A stretch of 64,000 nt of DNA. It comes from Chthoniobacter sp. (lineage in GTDB: Bacteria > Verrucomicrobiota > Verrucomicrobiia > Chthoniobacterales > Chthoniobacteraceae). This document shows, one piece after another, positions 10,333-19,410 of this stretch. Location: positions 1,519-65,518 of the forward strand of contig NZ_JBDUCX010000002.1 of NCBI RefSeq assembly GCF_040003245.1, written 5' to 3'. The translations under genes were made by a program, and so were the position numbers. The notes below the pieces were generated by a model. The model was not told where the DNA came from, searched no databases, and was given only the letters and a program-made list of their open reading frames with translations. Within the stretch, counting starts at the first letter, position 1. Every line of letters begins with the position of its first letter.

Positions 10333-10758
10333 ATGCGAGTTCCCTTCCGTCGCCTGGCGCTGTGGTTTGTTTTCCTGCTCGTGGGAGCGGCTTTTCTGGG
10401 CTGCTGCTGGATGGCGGTGCAGGCCGCGATGCATCCCCGCTATTATTCGATCGCCACCATCGAATTGCGCGGGGGGGCTACCGCTGCACAGGCGGTCGCG
10501 GTGATGCCCCCTCAACCGAGTGGAGGGCCAACGGTCAGCTTCGCCGCGGTGCGCAATACCGGCCTCTTCGAGCTCACCGTCTGCGCGGAGCATCCCCAGG
10601 ACGCCGCCAATCAGGCCAACCAACTGGCAGTGGCTCTGCAAACTTCCCTCGCCCCCGGTTCGGTTCTGATCTGGGAGAAGGCCGAAGCGGCACGGTCGCC
10701 GGGATATCCCCGGCGCCGGCTATGGTGGCAGTTTTGGAAGGTGTGGATTCCCGGCTGA
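10333..10758 (+). CDS. Membrane-anchored protein resembling a minimal Wzz/PCP periplasmic domain
   Basis: N-terminal TM; RNTGLFELTV..EHPQDAANQANQLA and IWEKAE...P.YP resemble PCP base-domain segments; ends WWQFWK. Confidence 0.5.
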   Translation: MRVPFRRLALWFVFLLVGAAFLGCCWMAVQAAMHPRYYSIATIELRGGATAAQAVAVMPPQPSGGPTVSFAAVRNTGLFELTVCAEHPQDAANQANQLAVALQTSLAPGSVLIWEKAEAARSPGYPRRRLWWQFWKVWIPG

Positions 10759-10818
10759 TGGCTCCCTTCGGACGGATATCCGTGACGTGCCGCCTCCTCG
10801 CTTCCCAGCAGATTTAGA

Positions 10819-10847
10819 TTGACAAACTGGTCAATAGATGCTACACT
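10819..10847 (+). promoter_or_regulatory. Near-consensus sigma70 promoter overlapped by an inverted repeat (operator-like)
   Basis: TTGACA (10819-24), 17-nt spacer, TACACT (10842-47); palindrome ATTGAC-aaactg-GTCAAT (10818-10835) covers the -35. Confidence 0.65.
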
Positions 10848-11128
10848 CCGGCGTGTAAGAGTTGGAATAGGCCGATCGGCGATTCGGGCAGGCGGGTAGT
10901 GAACGGAGGGAGGGCCGGTTTCGAGGCTCTTGGGGATGGCAATTCAGATAATGACAGGAAAGACCAATGACGCGTTTTGACAGACCGACGACAGACAAAA
11001 TCACCGTCCCCTGCCCTCAAGGCCGGAGCCGCGGCCTCGCGTACCCGAGGCAGGGCAATCGCCTCCATCCGAGCGGAGGCGAGAAGCCAGCCGGCGGCTG
11101 CCCAAAGGGTGGCGACGGCGGTCGCCAG

Positions 11129-11592
11129 CAATCGTGCCCAATCGTGCCTAATCGAGCCTCCTATTTTTTCCCCGTGGCCGCAGCCCTCGAAAGCGGCAGG
11201 TCCGCGGTCGGCCACGAGAATTCAGGACCAGTTCACTCTGGAGCATCGAGAAGTTCCGACTAGTTCCGGGCCAGTCAAATGCCTCGCCTCCCACTCACTT
11301 CTCTCTCCGCGCCTCGGCGTCTCCGCGGTTCCCGATCTTTGGTATCCCCGCCATCCAAAGCGGCTTCCGACCAGTTCCGACCCTACAAAATGCCGGCCTC
11401 CGACCTTGATTTCACTCCTTCGTGCCTTCGCGTCTTCGTGGTGTCATTCCCGCCACGATTCAAAACCAGTTTACTCTGGAGCTCCGGCCAGTTCCGACCC
11501 ATGGACAAGCGTATCCTGAGCGCCACCTCCCTCCAGAGCAATCGCCGTCAATCGCCTCCAATCGTGCCTAATCGTGCCTCAAATTTTTTCCG
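11129..11592. repeat. Cluster of short tandem and duplicated non-coding repeats
   Basis: 3x CAATCGTGCC-like decamers plus T-tract (11129-11171), 4x again at 11539-11592; CCAGTT(C/T)ACTCTGGAGC..AGTTCCG at about 11228 and 11466; CTCCGCG/CTTCG-periodic stretches at 11305-11330 and 11418-11443. Confidence 0.8.
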
Positions 11593-11683
11593 ACCTCGCT
11601 TGCCCGGCTCCTGGCGCTTCTTTGAGTTTCTGCAACGAAACTCGCCGTCCGCGGGTTGATGTCCTACACCTCCCATTCTCCTC

Positions 11684-13261
11684 ATGATCCGAATCGCTTC
11701 CCTCCCCCGTCTGCTCCTTCCCCTCATCCTGGCCGGCGCGACACTCGCCCTGCGCGCCGCCGATGCCCCCTTTCAGCCCAAGGCCGAGCACGTGCTCCTC
11801 GTCATCTGGGACGGGATGCGGCCGGATTTCATCAATGCCCAAAACACGCCGAACCTTCAGGCGCTGCTCGAGCGCGGGACGTTCTTTGCCAATAATCATT
11901 CGTTCTGGCCGACGACGACGGAGGTCAATGGCACGGTGCTGGCCACGGGAGCGTTTCCCGCGCGCAGCCATGTGGTCGCCAATCAGGAGTACCGGCCCGA
12001 CATCAATCCGCGCGGCCCGGTGCACACCGAGGACGCCGAGACGATGCGCAAGGGCGATGAACTGACCGGCGGCAAGTATCTCGGCGTAAAGACCGTCGCG
12101 GAGGTCGCGCATCAGGCCGGGCAGTCCACGGTCGTGGCGGGCACCAAACCCGTGGCGCTCATTCAGGACCGCGCTCCCGAGCGCCCGGCGCAGCCCCGGT
12201 CGGCCACGCTTTTCGCCGGGAAGACCTACCCCGCGGCCCTGCTCGATGCGATCGTCGCCGCGCTCGGACCGAATCCTCCCTACAAGCCGGACCCGACTCA
12301 CCCGGGGCCGAACACCGACGAGAACAACTGGACGACGCACGCGCTGCTCGAGCATCTCTGGCACGATGGCGTGCCGCGCTACTCGGTGCTGTGGCTCAGC
12401 GACCCGGATTTTCCACAGCACGTGAGCTCCCCCGGCGCCCCGGCGGCATTGACGGGCATTCACGACAGCGACACGAATCTCGGCCTGGTCGTCGCCGACC
12501 TGACCAAGCGCGGACTGCTCGACAAGACGGACATCTTCGTGGTGAGCGATCACGGCTTCAGCACCATCGGGCGCTCCGTGGATCCCGTGAAATACTACAA
12601 CGAGCACGGCGTAACCGTTTCCAAGCAATTCGCCTCCCCGCCGGCCAATGGGCAGGTGATGTCCGTCAGCGTCGGCGGCGCCACGGGGCTGTACGTCATC
12701 GGTCACGATGCGCCGACAATCGCCAAGCTCGTGGACCTGCTCCAGCAGAGCGATTTCGCCGGGCCGATCTTCACCCGCGACGCGCTGCCCGGCACCTTCG
12801 CGATCAACGCCGCGCATCTCGACAGCCCGGCGGCGCCTGACATCATTTTCAGCTTCCGCTGGAACGACGGCGCGAATGCGGTGGGCGCCCCCGGCCTGAT
12901 CACGGCGGAAGGCAAAGCCGGCCTCGGCATGCACGGTTCGCTCAGCAAATTCGACATTCACAACACGCTGGTGGCCGGCGGACCCGACATCCGCGCGGGC
13001 TATCGCGATGAGTTCCCCACCGGGAACATCGACGTGGCGCCCACGATCCTCCACCTGCTCGGGCTTACCTCACCGAATGGCGTGGATGGCCGCGTGCTCA
13101 CCGAGGCGCTCGCCGACACGCCCCTGCTCACGGAGAAACCGGTGACCAAGCGGCTCGAAGCCAGCAAGGATACCCACACCTGGCAGCAGTATTTGCAGAC
13201 CACCTCCTTCGCCGGCCGCACTTACTTCGACGAAGGCAACGCCTCCAGCGCGTCTCATTGA
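11684..13261 (+). CDS. Secreted alkaline phosphatase superfamily protein (nucleotide pyrophosphatase/phosphodiesterase type)
   Basis: Signal peptide; WDGMRPD, PTTT..N..LATG, DPDFPQH, SDHGF and MHG metal-ligand motifs. Confidence 0.85.
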   Translation: MIRIASLPRLLLPLILAGATLALRAADAPFQPKAEHVLLVIWDGMRPDFINAQNTPNLQALLERGTFFANNHSFWPTTTEVNGTVLATGAFPARSHVVANQEYRPDINPRGPVHTEDAETMRKGDELTGGKYLGVKTVAEVAHQAGQSTVVAGTKPVALIQDRAPERPAQPRSATLFAGKTYPAALLDAIVAALGPNPPYKPDPTHPGPNTDENNWTTHALLEHLWHDGVPRYSVLWLSDPDFPQHVSSPGAPAALTGIHDSDTNLGLVVADLTKRGLLDKTDIFVVSDHGFSTIGRSVDPVKYYNEHGVTVSKQFASPPANGQVMSVSVGGATGLYVIGHDAPTIAKLVDLLQQSDFAGPIFTRDALPGTFAINAAHLDSPAAPDIIFSFRWNDGANAVGAPGLITAEGKAGLGMHGSLSKFDIHNTLVAGGPDIRAGYRDEFPTGNIDVAPTILHLLGLTSPNGVDGRVLTEALADTPLLTEKPVTKRLEASKDTHTWQQYLQTTSFAGRTYFDEGNASSASH

Positions 13262-14367
13262 GAGCTAGGCGGCTCTCCGCCTTTCCTGCGCGCCAGCGTG
13301 CGGAGTTGGCGGACGGGTTGTAAAATCGGGCTGTGGCGCGCCCAGGCTTTGGCCCGATTGCGGAGTGACATCAGGCCCGCCCGAAAGGGCGACGCGGGCA
13401 CTTCGCCCTCGGCGATGGCGATCTCGTGGTTCATCAGCCGGCTTTTGTAGAAGGTGCTGCCGTTGCCGAGGTCGATCATCCGCAAGCCCAAGTCGGATGC
13501 GCCTTCGGCCATGCCGAGCAGGAGCAAGATGCCGGGAGAATAGCGGGCAAAGGCGGGATCGTAGGCCGGCAGCCAGTAGTGCCAGGTCGTCTGCGAGCGC
13601 AGCCCCATGTGCGCCGCCACCGGCCGGTCCCCGGCAAAGAGCACCGAGAGCATTCCCGCGAAATCCGCACCCCGAGTCGCCTGCATCCGTTCAATCACTT
13701 GCACCACCCACGACAGCGCAAAAATATCCGTCTTGCCCGAGGCCAGATACTGGGCCGATTTCCAGTGCATGAGCTGCTGGAGCAGCGCGGGATCGGCGGC
13801 CTGCGTTTCAATTCGCACCACGCCCGCTTCGCGCTCCAGTTTGCGGCGCAAGCCCAAGGCTTTCTTGATCTGCTCCGTGCCGGCGCCCTGGCGCGCCGCA
13901 ACGTAGGCGGCATAGCCATCCGACAAATCCATCACCGGCGACGACATCGTCACGCGATGAAAGGGGGCAAACGCTTTCTGCTCCGCCAGCAAATGATCGA
14001 AGCGCCACGACCGGAGCCCGCAGCGCTGAACCAACTTCACGGCATCCCATTGCAATCCCACCCGCCCGATCATTCCCTGGTAGTCCGACAACAGCCCGCC
14101 CATGGGACGGCCGACTCCATCCTGCCCGGCCTCAAAGGGAAAGAAGCCGGCCACGCCCTCATCATCTTCCATGATCGCCACCCGGGCATCTTCCCGAGAG
14201 CCCGCGACGGCCATCGTAAACTCGGGACGAAAAAAGGGACTGGCTAACGATGGATCGGCCTTCTGCAAAACCGACCAGGCCGCCACCTCCGCCGGCGTCA
14301 ATTCCCGCGCGACCACGACGCGCTGGCGCGCCGGAGCGCCCGGGACGCGCGAAGGCGCGGCGCTCAT
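13255..14367 (-). CDS. CelD/BcsL-type GNAT acetyltransferase
   Basis: LSDYQG, WYWLP-like HYWLPAYDPAFARYSPGILLL, IDLGNG..YK; ATGA overlap with the upstream stop fixes the start at 14367. Confidence 0.85.
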   Translation of the reverse strand: MSAAPSRVPGAPARQRVVVARELTPAEVAAWSVLQKADPSLASPFFRPEFTMAVAGSREDARVAIMEDDEGVAGFFPFEAGQDGVGRPMGGLLSDYQGMIGRVGLQWDAVKLVQRCGLRSWRFDHLLAEQKAFAPFHRVTMSSPVMDLSDGYAAYVAARQGAGTEQIKKALGLRRKLEREAGVVRIETQAADPALLQQLMHWKSAQYLASGKTDIFALSWVVQVIERMQATRGADFAGMLSVLFAGDRPVAAHMGLRSQTTWHYWLPAYDPAFARYSPGILLLLGMAEGASDLGLRMIDLGNGSTFYKSRLMNHEIAIAEGEVPASPFRAGLMSLRNRAKAWARHSPILQPVRQLRTLARRKGGEPPSSQ

Positions 14368-16451
14368 GTCGTCACCAACCGTCGAAACTTCCAATGCCAC
14401 GCCGAGGCGAGACCGCTTTCCTGCGCGCTGAGATTGCTCACCACGGGATAATTGCCACTCATGCCCAGCCGTGGCAGGCGATCGAGCAACTCACCGTGCT
14501 CGGGAAACAGATTGGCCATGCGCGTCGTCAGCATCGTCGCAAAGCCACACGTGCGGGCGATTTCAAACTCACGCTCATTCACTGCGCTGCGTCCCCCGAA
14601 AGGATAGGCGAAATGCCGGACCTCCCGTTTGAGCTCTGCTTCGATTTCGAGCTTGGAGTCGAGCATCTCCGCCCGCACTTCCGGGTCGGTCAGTCGATTC
14701 AGGCTGTGATGACCTACCGTATGCGCGCCGATCGTGGCCAGCGGATCGGCGGCCAGCGTGCGCACTTCGTCCCAGGTCATCATCAGCCGGCTGGTTTCCT
14801 TCATCGGATCATGCCCGGTGGCCTCGCCCAGCGTCGCCAGCAGTGCCTCGCGGTCCCCGCGGCCTTGCTGCCGAATCAAGCTGGCCAACTGCTCAAAAGT
14901 CCGCTGCCGGGCGGCTGTCGAGTCGCAAGGCAACTTGTAATGGGTTCCCGCCCACGTGAACCGGAGCGTCTCGGTCGAGGCCGTCATGACCTCGATCTCA
15001 TGCCACCAGGCGCTCGCCGTCCGCGAAGGGAATCCCGTGGCAATGTTGACCGTGAATGGAATCTCGAACTCCTGAAACAGCGGCAACGCATGCAGCAAAT
15101 TGTCGCGGTAGCCATCGTCCAGGGTGATCGAGATGAACTTCTTGGGGAGCGGCTGCGCGAGCCGTGCCGGCACCTCGTCGAGCGCCACCGGTTCGAGACC
15201 CACCCGCCAGATCCATTCGAGAATCGCGCGCAGATCGTCGACGGTGATTTCCAGCGCGCGGTTGCTCGGCTGCTGGGATGTCTCCCCGAACCGCACAATC
15301 CGGTGCAGGACGATAATGCTGCCGATCCCCGAATAGACCGGACGCAAAAACGCCTCGAGCAGCGGCTGGGTACTGTCGCGAAAAGTACGCGGCCGCGCGG
15401 GCAGCGCTTCGAAACGCCTGGTCGACGTTTCCGGGGGGGGCGAGGGCGGAATCTCACCCACCCGCACCACACCGGTTCGCGGTTCACTCGCCGAGGCCCG
15501 GATGGCGGCCTCCACATCGCTGACCGCAATCATCCTCATGCATTTCAATTCATACGGACAATCTTCCCGCAACCAGCATGGCGCACACGGAACCGCCCGG
15601 TAAAAAACCCGGGTCCGGGGGAAGTGATAGCCATCCGGAGACTCGTACCCGCCGTGCAAAATAACACTGGGCACCCGAAAAGCGTTGGCCAGGTGCATCC
15701 CCCCCGAGGGCGGCCCGACAAAGACCGTGGCCTGGCTCACCGTCCAGACAAAATCCGCCAGGGAAGTCGTTCCCGCCCACGTATGAAATCCCGGACCAAA
15801 ATCATCCTGCCCAAAGAGGGCTTCGGTCCCAGCCTCGATGACGTCAAAATCAGGGAGCAGCCCGCGAATCAATTCACGCCACAATTCTTTGGGCCAGACT
15901 TTGTTGGGCGTCCACCGACTGGCGAGGGGCTGGATCACCACCACCGGGCGGGAGATGGCCGCAACCCGCCGCTGAATCTCCGCGCTGGGATCGATCTGCG
16001 GTGGATCCAGTTGGTTGTCGAAAAAGGAAAAACCCACGCACTCACCGAGCAAGGTAATCAACGGCCGCTTGGGCGGTATGACCCAGCCGTACGTCAACGG
16101 CACGGCCCGCAACAGCGCGCTCTTTTCGAAAGGCTCGACCGCGCTCAAGGCGGGATGGTCCCGGAACAAATCCGGGCGGCGCGCGATAAACGTCAAATGG
16201 CACTGCGGATTGCGACGCCGGATCTCCCGGAAGACAGGCGTGCACATCAGTTCGTCGCCCAGCCCACCGCCGACCGAGTACACCCGCAGATGGGACCGTT
16301 CGTACGGCTTGCGCAACGGCCAGGGCCATCGTCCATGAATCGCTCCCGCGGGACCACGCTCGGTCAGCCACCGCCGCATCGGTTCCATGGTCCGCTCCCG
16401 CCGCCAGACGATCGCCTCGATCAAGCGAGTGGCCATCTTCTCAGGTAACAT
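14364..16451 (-). CDS. Fusion of GT9 (heptosyltransferase-like) and CE4/NodB polysaccharide deacetylase
   Basis: N-half: GGLGDELMCTP, NKVWP, GTTSL, SGGMHLANAF, CAPCW..C. C-half: LHRI, ITLDDGYRDN, GAHTVGH, FAYPFG. Confidence 0.8.
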   Translation of the reverse strand: MLPEKMATRLIEAIVWRRERTMEPMRRWLTERGPAGAIHGRWPWPLRKPYERSHLRVYSVGGGLGDELMCTPVFREIRRRNPQCHLTFIARRPDLFRDHPALSAVEPFEKSALLRAVPLTYGWVIPPKRPLITLLGECVGFSFFDNQLDPPQIDPSAEIQRRVAAISRPVVVIQPLASRWTPNKVWPKELWRELIRGLLPDFDVIEAGTEALFGQDDFGPGFHTWAGTTSLADFVWTVSQATVFVGPPSGGMHLANAFRVPSVILHGGYESPDGYHFPRTRVFYRAVPCAPCWLREDCPYELKCMRMIAVSDVEAAIRASASEPRTGVVRVGEIPPSPPPETSTRRFEALPARPRTFRDSTQPLLEAFLRPVYSGIGSIIVLHRIVRFGETSQQPSNRALEITVDDLRAILEWIWRVGLEPVALDEVPARLAQPLPKKFISITLDDGYRDNLLHALPLFQEFEIPFTVNIATGFPSRTASAWWHEIEVMTASTETLRFTWAGTHYKLPCDSTAARQRTFEQLASLIRQQGRGDREALLATLGEATGHDPMKETSRLMMTWDEVRTLAADPLATIGAHTVGHHSLNRLTDPEVRAEMLDSKLEIEAELKREVRHFAYPFGGRSAVNEREFEIARTCGFATMLTTRMANLFPEHGELLDRLPRLGMSGNYPVVSNLSAQESGLASAWHWKFRRLVTT

Positions 16452-16681
16452 AAGGATGGCGTCGCGTGAGGTAGCGCAGATACATGCGGCGGGAATCTAT
16501 AGAGCAATTTCACCCCCGACAAGGGAGCACCCGCGGACGCTCCAAAAATTCCCTGCTCCCAACGCCCTCGCTTTGTTTCAATTCGGGAGATCCATAAAAA
16601 AGCAAAACAAGGGTGACATTCGACAATCAGCCCCAGCGTTCTCTTGAATGGCGTCCACGTGATCGGTAAAGACAGCTACCA

Positions 16682-18316
16682 ATGCACAAGCAATTTCCTT
16701 TCTGGCCTCTGCTTGGTGCAGCGGGGATCGGAGCCATCTTCCTATTCTTATTAACACCCCACGGGCTGACCGTCACCGGCGGCGACGAATTGACTTACAT
16801 CAACGGCGCGAAAAGTCTGCGCCATGGACTTGGGTTCGTCGTCGACGGAATCCCGATCACGCATTTTCCACCGTTTTACTCACTTACCCTGGCGGCGGCG
16901 ATGTTCGTCTTCCACGATACCTGGGAGGCCGCGCGATGGGAACAAGTGGCGCTGTTTGCCGGCACCGTCTTCGCCGCGGGCGCATTTGCCTGGGGAATAC
17001 GCCGGCAGTCTGCAGCCGTGGCCGTGATCACGGCCCTGGTGCTGGCCACGAATAATCTCGGCACCCTCTACGCCAGCGCTTTGTCCGAGGGGCTGTTCCT
17101 GCTGGTGGGTCTGTGCGGGCAACTCGCGCTTCTCCGTGGCTTGGAGCGCCGGTCGCAGCCGATGCTCGCCCTCGCCGGCGCGCTGTTCGGCATCAGTGCA
17201 CTCACGCGTTACTCGGGGGTCGTGTGGATCGGCGCGGGTATCGCCTGTCCGCTCCTCTGGTTTCCCGGCAGGATGTTAGCGCGCGTGAAAGCCGCCGCCG
17301 TCGTCGCCGCGCCTTCCCTCTTGCTGGTCGGGGCGCTCTTTTTGCATAACCGCCTCAGTTCAGGCTCCGCGGCGCACCGCTCGTTCGGATTCCATTTGAT
17401 ATCCAAAAGTCACATCACCGAGGCCTTCTCGACCATCCCCTCCTGGTTCCTGCCGGATCGCTTCGCCAACGTGGGAACGGGTGCCGTCGTCGCGCTCGTC
17501 GTTGCCGTGTTGATTGCCGCCGCCGCGCGATCCGTGTTTCGTGGAAATCCGGGCGCGGATCGCGCAGAGTCCCGGTCTGCGCGGCTGGCCTTTGGAACAG
17601 CGCTCGTCTTTCTGCTGCTTTACACCGCCCATCTCTTCATTGCGATTTCGCTTCTGCACTTCAACACTCCTTTGGATTACCGCCTGCTCGCACCTGTCCA
17701 ACTCATCGTGCTGCTGCTGCTGCCGCCTTCCATTGCGGAAATCTCCGGATCCTTGCTGGCGACCACTGGCGGCCGATGGCTGGCCGGCGCGGTCGCCGCG
17801 GTGTTTCTGCTCGTTTCCACCGGCCGCGCGACCAATGCGATCGAATTCACGAGACGCGAGGGTCGAGGATTCCACAGCGTCTATTTTCAAAAGTGCGCAC
17901 TGGTGACCAGCCTGCGTTCGATACCCGCCTCGATCATTCTCTACTCCAATAAGCCCGAGGCGATCGAAGGCGCCCTCGATCGCCGGGCAGTTCCGCTGCC
18001 GTTTAAAGAGAACCCCATGACGCTTCTGCCGAATGCCCAGTTGCCAGAGGATCTCACTCGCGTGACGGAACAATTGCAAAGCGGCCATGCTCTGCTCGTT
18101 TATTTTTTTGAAGAGGGCCTGAAAGCACCGCCAGAAACCGAGCCCCCGACCTTGAGCCGCCGCCACCAGTTCAACGAAAAGGAGCTACTGAAGCTCCTGC
18201 CGCTGGCCGTGCAGCAGCGCACGAAGGAAGGCGCGATTTATCGGTTCCGAAAGAGTGACTCGGAGGCCAGCCGCGCGCCGCAGGTTCCATCCAGCCCGGC
18301 CGGAACAACTCACTGA
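16682..18316 (+). CDS. Polytopic membrane protein, probable GT-C (ArnT/PMT-like) glycosyltransferase
   Basis: First-loop DE plus Y (GDELTY), HFPPFYS, LSEGLF, ALTRYSG; about 11 hydrophobic segments then a soluble tail. Confidence 0.65.
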   Translation: MHKQFPFWPLLGAAGIGAIFLFLLTPHGLTVTGGDELTYINGAKSLRHGLGFVVDGIPITHFPPFYSLTLAAAMFVFHDTWEAARWEQVALFAGTVFAAGAFAWGIRRQSAAVAVITALVLATNNLGTLYASALSEGLFLLVGLCGQLALLRGLERRSQPMLALAGALFGISALTRYSGVVWIGAGIACPLLWFPGRMLARVKAAAVVAAPSLLLVGALFLHNRLSSGSAAHRSFGFHLISKSHITEAFSTIPSWFLPDRFANVGTGAVVALVVAVLIAAAARSVFRGNPGADRAESRSARLAFGTALVFLLLYTAHLFIAISLLHFNTPLDYRLLAPVQLIVLLLLPPSIAEISGSLLATTGGRWLAGAVAAVFLLVSTGRATNAIEFTRREGRGFHSVYFQKCALVTSLRSIPASIILYSNKPEAIEGALDRRAVPLPFKENPMTLLPNAQLPEDLTRVTEQLQSGHALLVYFFEEGLKAPPETEPPTLSRRHQFNEKELLKLLPLAVQQRTKEGAIYRFRKSDSEASRAPQVPSSPAGTTH

Positions 18317-18342
18317 ATCACGAGGCGAATCCAAATTGCGCT

Positions 18343-19368
18343 CTATCCCCCGTTCGGTGGCCCATCCGCAGGAATGAATCCGGCGTTTTCTCTCGCCCGG
18401 CGGGAAATCCTTCGGGCCAGCGAATGAGATGGCATTTCGACCAACGCGTAGAAAACAACGCCTACCAAAAGGGCGCAACCGATCTCCCCTGCCCACATCC
18501 AGAACTTCGTTTTTCCGAAGAAGTCGTCCCAAACAAACCGCGTCAATAGATGCGTCAAATACATGGAATACGCCGCACCACCGAACCATTCGAGGAGCCG
18601 ATTCGCGGGCTTGGTTCGATGCCACGCGATCTCGCACCGAATCCAGAGATAGGCGTAGAGGGCAAAGATTTGCAGGGAAATGAGGAAGGCGACTCCGTAG
18701 TTGCGCATCGCATATTGCGCAGCGAATGCGAGGCCGGCTGCCCCGGCGCGATAACTCCACACGACGAGTGCTCCAGGTTCTTCATTCTCCTTCGATCGGG
18801 AAATTTGCTCCGCCAGGTGGCAGCCCAATAACCAGCACGGCAATCCGACCAGCCAGGTCAGGTTTCCCGCACTGAAAAAATTCATGGCACTGTCCAATTT
18901 GACCATGGTGACCAAAGCTGCTGCAACATAGGATAGGAGGAGGATCGTGAGCACGGAAGTCTTTGCGAAAGACGCGCGCAAGACCGGGTAGAGCGCGTAG
19001 TAAATCATCTCGCAATAGATGCTCCACAGCAACGCCGTCAGGTTCTCTGTCCGCTGGGTCACGCGCAGGAGAATCAAATAGCCGACCACGGGAATACCAA
19101 TGCGGACCAACCGGGCCAGCAGGAACGGCATCGCCGTAAAGCGACGTCCTGACGCGTAGGGATAGTGGATGCAAAATCCCGAAATCAGAAAGAACGTGAT
19201 CACCGCGGCCTGCCCGTTGAACCCGGAGGAGTACAACTCGATGAGTATTCGACCGAAGTGGGTATCCTTCGCTGAGGAAAAAACGCGAAAGGGGTTCGAC
19301 TTATGATAGAAGACGACGATCAGCGCACAAACAAACCGGATGCTATCAAGCCCAGCGACACGTCGCAT
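18343..19368 (-). CDS. Acyltransferase family 3 (OafA-like O-acetyltransferase)
   Basis: GLDSIRF..ALIVVFYH, AVITFFLISGF, RLVRI, WSIYCE, YSMYLTH. Confidence 0.85.
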   Translation of the reverse strand: MRRVAGLDSIRFVCALIVVFYHKSNPFRVFSSAKDTHFGRILIELYSSGFNGQAAVITFFLISGFCIHYPYASGRRFTAMPFLLARLVRIGIPVVGYLILLRVTQRTENLTALLWSIYCEMIYYALYPVLRASFAKTSVLTILLLSYVAAALVTMVKLDSAMNFFSAGNLTWLVGLPCWLLGCHLAEQISRSKENEEPGALVVWSYRAGAAGLAFAAQYAMRNYGVAFLISLQIFALYAYLWIRCEIAWHRTKPANRLLEWFGGAAYSMYLTHLLTRFVWDDFFGKTKFWMWAGEIGCALLVGVVFYALVEMPSHSLARRISRRARENAGFIPADGPPNGG

Positions 19369-19410
19369 GGTAATCCTCGGTCGCAGAGGTCCTCGGGGCG
19401 CCTGGCAGTG

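Noticed and set aside
10967-11263. 98-aa ORF with an AGGA upstream, downstream of the strong promoter
   Set aside because: Runs through hairpins and decamer repeats, with low-complexity G/P/R content and no motif; cannot be excluded without Ribo-seq
11129-11592. Possible CRISPR array
   Set aside because: Units are 10 bp and contiguous, with no 23-47 bp repeats separated by unique spacers, and no cas genes
15185-15205. GGTTCGAGACCC, tRNA T-loop-like
   Set aside because: Inside the deacetylase coding region, with no cloverleaf around it
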